DNA from: an uncultured delta proteobacterium
GTDB taxonomy: Bacteria > Desulfobacterota > Desulfuromonadia > Desulfuromonadales > JACZKF01
Assembly (NCBI GenBank): GCA_963848425.1
Contig: CAWKDO010000011.1
Location: forward strand, 355 to 64,354
Reading direction: 5' to 3'
DNA length: 64,000 nucleotides
Made by a program: the position numbers and the translations under genes. Positions 45,728 through 54,776 of this stretch are shown here, piece by piece; within the stretch, counting starts at the first letter, position 1, and the number at the start of each line of letters is the position of its first letter. The notes beneath the pieces were generated by a model. It saw nothing but the letters and a program-made list of their open reading frames with translations. It was not told the origin of the DNA and made no database searches.

Positions 45728-47974
45728 ATGTCTTCGTTCATCTCCTTGGGCGAAGCCTTGCCTGCTGTTGCAGGTGACCTTTTGGAGCAGCCGTATGCAA
45801 GAGAGACTCTTGATGTAGCCGCACGGGCTAAAGATGTCGAGATTGTCCAGCTTCGCCGAGCAAAGAATGCCGATGGCAGCTTTTCGGATGTCATCGTTGT
45901 CGATGTCGTCAACGATGACATCCCGACGAGGAACACCTATGGTATCAGGGTCAGAGAGCGGTTGGCCCTTGTTTTTCATGCCACCGGCCTTCCTGAAGTG
46001 CGGGCGCTACGTGCCGACTTCCCAATCGTTCTCCATACCAATCACACTCCCCCTGGCGAACCCCGCCAACTGTGCCTCTACTTTGAGCCTTGGTCTGTTG
46101 TTGAGAGGACTTGGACACCGCAGAAATTCATCAAACGAATCATGTGGTGGCTCGGCGAGAGTGCGAATGGAACTCTGCATCGGCCCGACCAACCCGTAGA
46201 ACAGCTGTATTTTACAAGCCCATTTGAGATTGTCCTACCTCCCGACTTCGACGAAAAAATACTCGATGACAACCTGGCCTTAACCTGGTCTTCCTCCCCT
46301 GACCTCAAAACATTACGGTCCTTTTTCTTGCCGAAAGGGCACCCCCAGCTCAAGACCATTTCCGGCATCACCTTTCTTTCCCTTGAACTTCCTCCCCTTA
46401 TTCATGGTCCAGTCGAATGCTACCCAAACACTTTGGGCGGTCTGCATAACCAACTTGCCGCTCGCGGGGCACCGTTTATCGATGAATTGAGGAGTAAGAT
46501 CAAAGAGAAGGTACCTCAAGAGGGGATATTAAGGTCCTCGAAAGATCGGTGCCTATTATTCCTTTTTTTGCCCGTCAAGAGAGATGCGTCCTCTTCACCG
46601 GAAAAACGTGACATTATTGCTTTTCTCATACCGTCCGATTTGTCAGTTGTCGGCGAGGCCACAGAAGATCTAGCCCATTACGATGGGAAATACTATGCAA
46701 CTTCTCTTCTCGGTGCTACGCCGCCTTCCGAAAAATGGCGCGATCTGGCCATAGCCCCAATCGAAGTGAAATACGAAATCGGGCTGCCGTTTGCTCGGTC
46801 AGCCTCTGGAATTGATGGCTCTAATGCCGATCTTGCTGGCGTCATGGCTGGAGTTGGTGCTCTAGGAAGCGCAATTTTGGAACTGTGGGTTCGTGAAGGC
46901 TGGGGGCGGTGGACGCTAATTGATCCGGATATGATAAAGGCCCACAACCTGGTCCGACACATCGCTCGTAACACCGATATCGGCAAAGCCAAAGTCGATG
47001 TTGTAAAAAACTCAATCGAAGCCATCTACCACCCAGGATACCTCGCTGTTGCCGGTATCAAGGGAAGCGCGACTGCGTGGGACAGAGTCGAAATACGCGA
47101 TGCAATTTGCACCTCTTCGATTTTTGTCAACGCGACCACAACCCTCGATGTCCCCAGGGATATGTCGCAGCGTGAACAAGCACCACGAATAGCATCCATC
47201 TTCGTAACGCCATCTGGCCGTGATTCTGTGCTCCTGATTGAATCAAGTGACAGGCAAGCACGTGTTGATTCGCTCGAAGCTCAGTATTACAGAGCCCTTT
47301 TGGAACTTCCACTGGGCATAGATCATTTAGACGGCAACGCTGGTGGATTATGGGTAGGTGCTGGCTGCAGAGACATTTCCGCAAAGATTTCCTACGAGGA
47401 TATTCAACTGCATGCTGCCATTTTGGCGAAGCAGGTTCGCACCGCATCAAGGAGAACCGAGGCCCAAGTTTGCATCTGGCGCTCGGAGCCGACAGGCGCG
47501 GTCACCACAGCAAATCTTGATGTGAAGGAGACTGTCAGAAGGGAATCGGAAGGGTGGCATGTTGTCTGGGATAAGGGGGTGGAAGAGAAAATGATTGCCA
47601 TTCGGCAAACCCACCTTCCGGAAGAAACTGGCGGTGTCCTAGTTGGCTACATCGACCAGAAACTGCGCCATATCTATGTTGTTGATGCCCTTTCGGCACC
47701 CGCTGACAGCGTTTCCGAAAGGGGGAGTTTTATCCGAGGCATCGACGGTCTCAATAAAAAGCTGGGGGAGATTGGCACACGAACAGCCAACATCGTGGGG
47801 TATCTTGGCGAATGGCATTCACACCCTCCTTTTTCGGGGCCTAGTCCGAGCCCTTGGGATAAGCTTCTCGTGAAAACATTAGCCGATGTCTTGGCAATGG
47901 ATGGTCTTCCTGCGTTGATGATGATCGTTGGAGCCGCAAGAGAAATCTCTGTATCCGTGAGGTTTGTGGCGTGA
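45728..47974 (+). CDS. E2-like / E1-like (ThiF) / JAB (JAMM) triple-fusion protein
   Basis: 748 aa. E2-like H103-T-N..C116 (VLHTNHTPPGEPRQLCLYF). E1 Rossmann loop AGVGALGS (aa 373-380), LIDPD, NLVRH. JAMM: E632/E633-TGGVLVG, H697-S-H699, S708-P-W-D711. Confidence 0.8.
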   Translation: MSSFISLGEALPAVAGDLLEQPYARETLDVAARAKDVEIVQLRRAKNADGSFSDVIVVDVVNDDIPTRNTYGIRVRERLALVFHATGLPEVRALRADFPIVLHTNHTPPGEPRQLCLYFEPWSVVERTWTPQKFIKRIMWWLGESANGTLHRPDQPVEQLYFTSPFEIVLPPDFDEKILDDNLALTWSSSPDLKTLRSFFLPKGHPQLKTISGITFLSLELPPLIHGPVECYPNTLGGLHNQLAARGAPFIDELRSKIKEKVPQEGILRSSKDRCLLFLFLPVKRDASSSPEKRDIIAFLIPSDLSVVGEATEDLAHYDGKYYATSLLGATPPSEKWRDLAIAPIEVKYEIGLPFARSASGIDGSNADLAGVMAGVGALGSAILELWVREGWGRWTLIDPDMIKAHNLVRHIARNTDIGKAKVDVVKNSIEAIYHPGYLAVAGIKGSATAWDRVEIRDAICTSSIFVNATTTLDVPRDMSQREQAPRIASIFVTPSGRDSVLLIESSDRQARVDSLEAQYYRALLELPLGIDHLDGNAGGLWVGAGCRDISAKISYEDIQLHAAILAKQVRTASRRTEAQVCIWRSEPTGAVTTANLDVKETVRRESEGWHVVWDKGVEEKMIAIRQTHLPEETGGVLVGYIDQKLRHIYVVDALSAPADSVSERGSFIRGIDGLNKKLGEIGTRTANIVGYLGEWHSHPPFSGPSPSPWDKLLVKTLADVLAMDGLPALMMIVGAAREISVSVRFVA

Positions 47975-49131
47975 CGACCGAAAGCAAACGAATAGGAATC
48001 GCCCTCTCAGGTGGCGGTGTCCGGGCTGCCGCATTCCATGCCGGGGTATTGTTATGGCTGGCTGAAAAAGGGCAGCTAGAGACAATTCGTCATATCTCAT
48101 CCGTATCCGGAGGAAGCCTCTTTGCTGGCCTCATCTTCCATATTTCCGATTATGCATGGCCTTCGTCTGAGGCATATGCCAGCAAGGTTTTCCCTGCTAT
48201 CAGGTCCGTTTTAACTTCCAATTCACTCCAGGTGAACGCTTTGCTCCGCCTTCTTCACCCATTGAATTGGCGATTTTTGCTTTCACGTGCAAACATCCTG
48301 GCCCAAAGCATCCGGCACCTTTGGGGAGTAACTGGCTCTCTTTCTGATCTTCCAGGCAATCCAGTGTGGTCAATTAATGGTACTACCGCCGAAAACGGGA
48401 GGAGGTTCCGGTTTAAAGAAAAGAAACTGGGAGACTACGAGATTGGGTATGCTGATGCGCCCAATTTCCCCTTAGCTGACGCGATGGCGATCTCTGCCGC
48501 TTTTCCTGGTGGAATCGGCCCGTTAAAGATTTTTTCCGACAGATTCGAATGGGAAAAGCGAAAGTCTTGGGATTGGTCAACTGCCCCCGAAAAAATTGAG
48601 CCGACTTTTCGGCGCATCCACATATATGACGGTGGCGTGTATGACAACCTGGGTCTGGAACCCTTCTTTGACATTGGGAAACAGGTTATAAAGACCGAAA
48701 CAGGAAGCCCACCGGTAGATTTCATAATTGTTTCAGACGCTGGAGCCGCTTTCGGCCGACAACAGATTCCGGGGCCACTACATCCAGGACGCTTAGAGCG
48801 GGTCGCAAATATTGGGTTTGGCCAGGCGAGGGCTTTGAGGGTTAGGTCCTTTGTCCACTTTCTTCAGCACAATAGTGATTCAGGAATGTATGTCCAAATC
48901 GGCTCTGACCCCGTCGCTTCGATAAAAACATATGGAGAAAAGTCTTTGCCGATGACGGATATCCAATGGCTAACCGCCGACAAAGTTGCTGAGGCGGGGA
49001 GATATCCAACTTCATTACGCAAAATGCAAGTGGATGAATTCGACCTGCTAGCTTTGCATGGTTATCAGACTGTTGCATGGAATGAATTTGTTTTCGGCAG
49101 TACCGTAGCTCTAGGGAATCTGAAAAATTGA
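47971..49131 (+). CDS. patatin-like phospholipase
   Basis: The GTG start overlaps the upstream stop (GTGA). GIALSGGGVRAAAFHAG (oxyanion GGGxR), SVSGGS (nucleophile Ser), IYDGGVYDNLG (catalytic Asp). Confidence 0.85.
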   Translation: MTTESKRIGIALSGGGVRAAAFHAGVLLWLAEKGQLETIRHISSVSGGSLFAGLIFHISDYAWPSSEAYASKVFPAIRSVLTSNSLQVNALLRLLHPLNWRFLLSRANILAQSIRHLWGVTGSLSDLPGNPVWSINGTTAENGRRFRFKEKKLGDYEIGYADAPNFPLADAMAISAAFPGGIGPLKIFSDRFEWEKRKSWDWSTAPEKIEPTFRRIHIYDGGVYDNLGLEPFFDIGKQVIKTETGSPPVDFIIVSDAGAAFGRQQIPGPLHPGRLERVANIGFGQARALRVRSFVHFLQHNSDSGMYVQIGSDPVASIKTYGEKSLPMTDIQWLTADKVAEAGRYPTSLRKMQVDEFDLLALHGYQTVAWNEFVFGSTVALGNLKN

Positions 49132-49278
49132 GCGATCCCAAGGGGGTGTTTCTGTCAAGGCAATGAAACATGACTAAAGAACACCGCTCATGAAAGCCGG
49201 ATTTTACCGTGCTAATCTAATAATCCTTGCCTGAGATCGTCCGCATTAGCGTTCTGCCTTCGCCCGCGCCCGCAATAA

Positions 49279-49316
49279 GAAGGGGCTTGCAAGCCGATCA
49301 GCCTGCAAGCCCCTTT
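49279..49316. terminator. bidirectional terminator between the patatin gene and the radical SAM gene
   Basis: GGGGCTTGCA-N12-TGCAAGCCCC (10-bp stem) flanked by AAGAA / TTTCCTTT. Confidence 0.7.
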
Positions 49317-49342
49317 CCTTTACCTCCGAACCCACCTTGGTC

Positions 49343-50673
49343 TTACGCCATGCACTGAAACAATCCGGCACTCCACAAGCAGCTGCCGCACGGCTCGGCG
49401 TTGACGTAGCAGTCCTGTTCGAAACTCTCCGCCTGCACATAGTCGCAGGGGGCGAAGTTACACCCGGGGCAGAAGGGATAATCGTAGCGCAGCACGTTCT
49501 CCCGGTAGGCACGAAACTCCCGGCTGTTCCAGATGTCCAGCAAACCTTTCTCGGCCAGGCTGCCGAAAACTTTCGGCTGCACCGGATGCAGCCAGCCGCT
49601 GGCAAAGGAACGGCAGGCGTGCCAGAGATAGTAACAGGGGTGCACCTTGCCGTCCCAGGAGACGAACGCTCCCCCTGCTCGACGAAATCGCACCGCCGCC
49701 GCTCCCGCGGCGCCGCTTCGGGGAGCCGCAGATCGAGGCCGGTTTCCCGCGCCACCTCCCGCGCCTCCTCGAAAACCTCGACCACCTCGTCGAGCCCGGA
49801 GCTGCCCGCGGCGAGGAGACGCCTGAGGTCGAGGGTGATGCCGCAGTTTTGCGCATCGGCCTTCATCGTTTCGACGAAATTGGCAATCCTTTGCTCCTCC
49901 GCCGTTTTTTGGTACTTCCAGAGAATGTCGAAATAGCGCCGGAGATCGACGCCGGCAAGCTCGGCCTTGACCTCCCAGGCATGAAAGAGGGATATGGCTT
50001 CGATGGTGCAGAGATCATAAGCCGCTTGGGTAGTATGGGCCTCGTCATAGGGGAGGACGTGGGAAGCGATGGCGAAGGTGGCCCCGCGGGCGGCAGCCCA
50101 GCGCAGCGCCGACGGCAACTCCCGCAGGTTGTCGCGCATGACGACGAATTCGACGCCGACCTGCAGGTCCGGCCGGCCGCATGCCGCCTTGGCGGTGGTA
50201 AGGGCGGCAAGAGCGCACTCGAGATCGCGCAGCTGTCCGCCCTCGCGGATCGAGCGGAAGGTCTCGGCAGAAGCGCCATCCATCGACAAGCAGATCCGGT
50301 CCACCCCCGCTTTGGCAAGGGTCACCGCACGAAGTTTGGTCAGTAGAAGCCCGTTGCTCTGAAACCCGACCCAGCTCCGGGCCGGCATCAGCTTCTTCGC
50401 CCGGCCGATGAACCGCTCCAGATGGGGATGGAGCAGCGGCTCGCCAATGCCGTTGAGGACCAGCGCCTCCAGATCCGGAAAGGCTGGCTCCAAAGCGGCG
50501 AAGGTCCCCGGCTGCAGATCCCCGTCCCCCGTTTGGCCGGAGGTTTGCTTCATGCACATGACGCAGTTCAGGTTACAGCGGCTGGTCGTTTCGACAAACA
50601 GCTTCGCCGGTTGCCGCCGCAACCCCGGCCTGCTTTCAACTTCACGGCAGGAAGGATGTGCCAGGACCGTCAT
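49343..50673 (-). pseudogene. radical SAM/SPASM-domain protein, one frameshift near 49685 as assembled
   Basis: FVETTSRCNLNCVMC (CxxxCxxC). The C-terminal SPASM-like Cys-rich part lies in ORF 49343..49693 (..VHPCYYLWHAC.., YPFCPGCNFAPCDY.., CGSCLWSAGLFQC). Confidence 0.75.
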
Positions 50674-50867
50674 GCGGCTCTTGCCTGCCTGACCGTCCCC
50701 GGCCGTACCCGCTTATCCCCTCTGGCCGCGTAAACCAGAAGCGCCTCGCGCATGAGTTCCGAGGCGCTCATCCGGGCCACGTCCATTAATTCCTGAATTT
50801 GTCCCATCTCCCTGTCGGTTACCCGCACCGAGAGAACATTTGTTTTTCGCAGAGTCCCGTTACGCAT
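50670..50867 (-). CDS. ribbon-helix-helix (CopG/Arc-like) protein
   Basis: 65 aa. [33 protein letters not shown] fits a beta-strand plus two helices. 4-nt overlap with the radical SAM gene. Confidence 0.55.
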   Translation of the reverse strand: MRNGTLRKTNVLSVRVTDREMGQIQELMDVARMSASELMREALLVYAARGDKRVRPGTVRQARAA

Positions 50868-51269
50868 CGCTCTTCTCCTTTCCCTCTGTAAATCGTCGTC
50901 TGCGGCTGACAGCGCCGTTCCCGGATGCCATCTCTACAAAATGGATACCAAGCCGGAAGCCGGTTCGGCGTCCGGGTGCGCCAAAACGGGCGCAGAGTCG
51001 CTCGCCAAGCGCGTCGCCGCCGGCACAGGCCAGCAAACTGGCGGCGCATCACCCCGCCACTTCTGTTCCCCTTTGGCACAGCCGTACCGTTCCGGAATAG
51101 AACAGCCACGCCAAAATGGAACACCCCCAAGCGAGCCTCCAGAAGAGCTTCCGCCGCCGCTTCCTCCACCGAATCATTGCGGAATGCCGAGCAAATTCAA
51201 AACCTTTACCGCCGGAAGGCGGCCAACCGAAAACGTGGCTGCTGCGATCTGCAGCCAGTGGACAGAGCT

Positions 51270-51284
51270 TGGTACGGTACTTGC
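51270..51284 (+). promoter_or_regulatory. sigma54 (-24/-12) promoter upstream of adh
   Basis: TGGTAC-GGTAC-TTGC matches TGGCAC-N5-TTGC in 9 of 10 conserved positions. About 110 nt upstream of the ATG at 51395. Confidence 0.6.
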
Positions 51285-51394
51285 CAAACTTTGTTTTAAT
51301 ATCTGCATGCTCCCCAGCGGCTGGAATTGCCACCGCCGGGGAGGAACTGGCCGGAAACGGCTGAACTCATTACCGGATAAAAAAGGAGAGAGCA

Positions 51395-52563
51395 ATGGCA
51401 TTAGCAGAGCAGACTTACGGATTCTACATCCCGACCGTTTCACTGATGGGTATCGGCTGCGCCAAGGAAACAGGCGCGCAGGCCAAGGCGCTCGGCGCGA
51501 CCAAGCTGCTGATCGTCACCGACGCAGGGCTCTCCAAGATGGGCGTTGCCGACAAGATCAAGGCCCAGGTGGAAGCGGCCGGCGCTCAAGGCGGTCATCT
51601 TCGACGGCGCCGAGCCGAACCCGACCGACACGAACGTCCATGCCGGCGTCAAGGTTTACCAGGACAACAAGTGCGACGGCATCATCTCCCTCGGCGGCGG
51701 CAGCTCCCATGACTGCGGCAAGGGGATCGGCATGGTCATCGGCAACGGCGGCCACATCCGCGACTACGAAGGGGTCAACAAGATCCACCAAGCCGATGCC
51801 GCCCTTCCTCGCCATCAACACCACCGCCGGCACCGCCAGCGAAATGACCCGCTTCTGCATCATCACCAACACCGACACCCACGTGAAGATGGCGATCGTC
51901 GACTGGCGCTGCACCCCGAACATCGCCATCAACGATCCGCTGCTGATGGTCGGCATGCCCCCCGCACTGACCGCCGCCACCGGCATGGACGCCCTGACCC
52001 ACGCCGTCGAGGCGTATGTCTCCATCATCGCCACCCCGATCACCGACGCCTGCGCCATCAAGGCGATCGAGCTGATCGCCGAGTACCTGCGCCCGGCCGT
52101 GGCCAACGGCGACGAACCTGGAAGCCCGCGACAAGATGGCCTATGCCGAGTACCTGGCCGGCATGGCGTTCAACAACGCCAGCCTCGGCTACGTCCACGC
52201 CATGGCTCACCAGCTGGGCGGCTTCTACAACCTGCCCCACGGCGTCTGCAACGCCATCCTGCTCCCGGCCGTCTGCGAGTTCAACCTGATCGCCAGTCCG
52301 CAGCGTTTCGCCGACATCGCCGTTGCCATGGGCGAGAACATCGCCGGCCTCTCCGACGTCGAAGCCGCCGCCAAAGGCGATCGCCGCCATCCGCAAGCTC
52401 TCCGCGGCCATCGGCATCCCGGCCGGCCTCAAGGCGCTGAACGTCAAGGAGACCGGACCTGAAGGTCATGGCGGAAAACGCCAAGAAAGACGCCTGCATG
52501 CTCACCAACCCGCGCAAGGCCACCCTTGAGCAGGTCATCGACATCTTCAAGGCGGCAATGTAA
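51395..52563 (+). pseudogene. iron-containing (group III) alcohol dehydrogenase, at least five frameshifts as assembled
   Basis: Co-linear pieces in three frames: [22 protein letters not shown].., [16 protein letters not shown] (GGGSxxD), [58 protein letters not shown], ..MLTNPRKATLEQVIDIFKAAM-stop (TAA 52561-52563). Confidence 0.85.
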
Positions 52564-52565
52564 GC

Positions 52566-52665
52566 ATTCCGCCCGAGCACGGAGCGCCTAACGGGGTGAC
52601 CCTACGGCGTCAGGCCACGGGTGTCCGCTGGAAACGGCGGCGCCTCCCTTTGGAAAGGAGTCACT
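52566..52665 (+). promoter_or_regulatory. Moco/Tuco-type riboswitch candidate (upstream of aor)
   Basis: Shares blocks with the element at 57703-57800: CCGAGC, CGCCTAAC-GGGTGACC, ACGGGTG, GGAAACGGC-GCGCCTCCCTTT-GGAAAGGAG. These are as I recall for the Moco RNA motif. Located 45 nt upstream of the AOR start. Confidence 0.65.
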
Positions 52666-52708
52666 CATCGCCAAACGGAGATCAAGACCAAGACAGGGAG
52701 CAATAAGC

Positions 52709-54453
52709 ATGGATAAGATTTTACGCGTAAACATGACCGACCTCAGCGCACCAATCGAAGACGGTGCCGGCCGCATGGGCGGGGCTCGGCGGTCGCGGCG
52801 CTCACCTCGACCATCGTCGCCGCAGGAAGTCCCACCCACCTGCCACCCGCTCGGCGAGCACAACAAACTGGTCTTTGCCCCCGGCCTGCTCGCCGGCACC
52901 CCCGCAGCCAAGTCCGGGCGGCTCTCTGCCGGCGCCAAGAGCCCGCTGACCGGCACCATCAAGGAGATCAACGCCGGCGGCACCGCGGCACAGAACCTGG
53001 CCCGGCTCGGCATCAAGGCGCTGATCATCGAAGGCATGCCGGCCGAGGACACGAAGTGGTACAGCCTCCACATCAACAAGGACGGCGCCACAATCAGCGA
53101 AGAGACGGAACTGGTCGGCAAAGGGAACTACGAGGTGATCGACGCCCTCGAGGCAGCGGCTCGGCAAGAAGACCGGCGTCCTCACCATCGGCCCGGCCGG
53201 CGAAATGAGGATGACCGCAGCCAACATCTCGGTCAAGGACCCGGACAGCAAGATCCGCAGCCACGGCCGCGGCGGGCTCGGCGCCGTCATGGGCTCCAAG
53301 AAGATCAAGTACATCTCCATCGACGATGCCGGCGGCCCCGGCGTCGAACATCGCCGATCCGGAGAAATTCAAGACCGCCGCCAAGACCTTCGCCAAGGCG
53401 ATGCTCGATCACCCGGTCAGCGGCGAAGGGCTGCCCACCTACGGCACCAACGTCCTGGTCAACATCCTCAACGAGGCCGGCGGCCTGCCGACCAGGAACT
53501 TCCGTACCGGCCAGTTCGAAGGGCACGACAAGATCTGCGGCGAGACCATGCACGACACCATCGTCGCCCGCGGCGGCAAGCCGAAGCACGGCTGCCATGC
53601 CGGCTGCATCATCCAGTGTTCGCAGGTCTACAACGACAAGGAAGGCAAGTACATGACCTCCGGCTTCGAGTACGAGACCGATCTGGGGCTTCGGCGCCAA
53701 CTGCTGCATCGACGACCTGGACGACATCGCCCATGCCGACAGGATCATGGACGACATCGGCATCGACTCCATCGAGACCGCCGTCATCTTCGGCGTCGCC
53801 ATGGAAGCCGGCATCCTCCCCTTCGGCGACGGTCAAGGCATCCTGCGGCTGCTGCGAGGAAATCGGCAAGGGAACCCCGCTCGGGCCGCATCCTCGGCGG
53901 CGGCGCCGGCTTCGGTCGGCAAGGCCTATGGCCTGACCCGGGTCCCGGTGGTCAAAGAACCAGGGGATCCCCGCCTACGATCCGCGCTCCGTCAAAGGGA
54001 TCGGCATCACCTACGCCACCACCACCATGGGCGCCGACCACACCGCCGGCTACACCATCGCCACCAACATCCTCAACGTCGGCGGTTTTGTCGATCCGCT
54101 GCAAGAAGGATGGCCAGGTGGAACTCTCCCGCAACCTGCAGATCGCCACCGCCGCCGTCGACTCGACCGGCCTCTGCATCTTCGTCGCCTTCCCGGCCCT
54201 CGACATCCCCGAGATGCCTGCCGGCGATCATCGACATGATCAACGCCCGTTACGGCATCTGCCCTGACCGGCGAGGACGTGATCGACCTCGGCAAGCAGG
54301 TCCTGAAGACCGAGCGCGCGTTCAACATCGCGGCCGGCTTCACCAACAAGCACGACCGGCTGCCCGAATTCTTCGCCGAGGATACCTGTGCACCGCACAA
54401 TCGTTACCTGGACGATCAGCGACGCGGAAATCGACGAGTTCTGGAATTTTTAA
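52709..54453 (+). pseudogene. aor: aldehyde:ferredoxin oxidoreductase (tungstopterin AOR family), at least eight frameshifts as assembled
   Basis: Pieces in three frames rejoin into a full AOR: MDKILRVNMTDLS.., HPLGEHNKLVFAPGLLAGTPAAKSGRLSAGAKSPLTG, RSHGRGGLGAVMGSKKIK, LPTYGTNVLVNILNEAGGLPTRNF, KPKHGCHAGCIIQC, TTTMGADHTAGY, ..DEFWNF-stop (TAA 54451-54453). Confidence 0.85.
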
Positions 54454-54550
54454 ATCGTAAACCCCTCAATCTCACCACCCCGCCCTGACGGGCACCCCCT
54501 CCTGATTCAGGAGGGGGCTGGGGGGTGGTGGTTTGTTAGAGGAGCTATTC

Positions 54551-54775
54551 ATGCAGATCACCGTCAAATTGTTCGCCTCCTTCCGCATCGGCCGCTTCGT
54601 GGCGATGCCGCAGAGCTATCCGGCAGACACGACTGTCGGCAAGATCGTTAGCGAACTGCACATCCCGGAAGCGGAAGTGGGCGTGGTCCTGATCAACAGC
54701 CGGCATGCCGAACTGCGGCAGCGGCTGAATGAGGGGGACACCCTCTCCCTCTTCCCCCTCGTCGGGGGAGGATGA
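54551..54775 (+). CDS. MoaD/ThiS-family sulfur-carrier (ubiquitin-like) protein
   Basis: GAGGAG lies 6 nt upstream of ATG 54551. 74 aa starting MQITVKLFASFR and ending ..LSLFPLVGGG-stop (C-terminal Gly-Gly). Confidence 0.8.
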   Translation: MQITVKLFASFRIGRFVAMPQSYPADTTVGKIVSELHIPEAEVGVVLINSRHAELRQRLNEGDTLSLFPLVGGG

Positions 54776-54776
54776 T

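Noticed and set aside
43750-49131. Calling the island operon a canonical type II CBASS
   Set aside because: No CD-NTase/SMODS-like nucleotidyltransferase motif (GS...DxD polymerase-beta fold) is visible in any of the four proteins or nearby. The two upstream proteins read as MBL-fold. It is therefore reported as CBASS-like but distinct.
54551-54775. The MoaD-like GG protein as the missing ubiquitin-like partner of the island E2-E1-JAB protein
   Set aside because: It lies 5.4 kb outside the island in GC-rich core DNA. It is translationally adjacent to its own ThiF/MoeB-type E1 and embedded in Moco/tungsten cofactor genes, so the sulfur-carrier role explains it.
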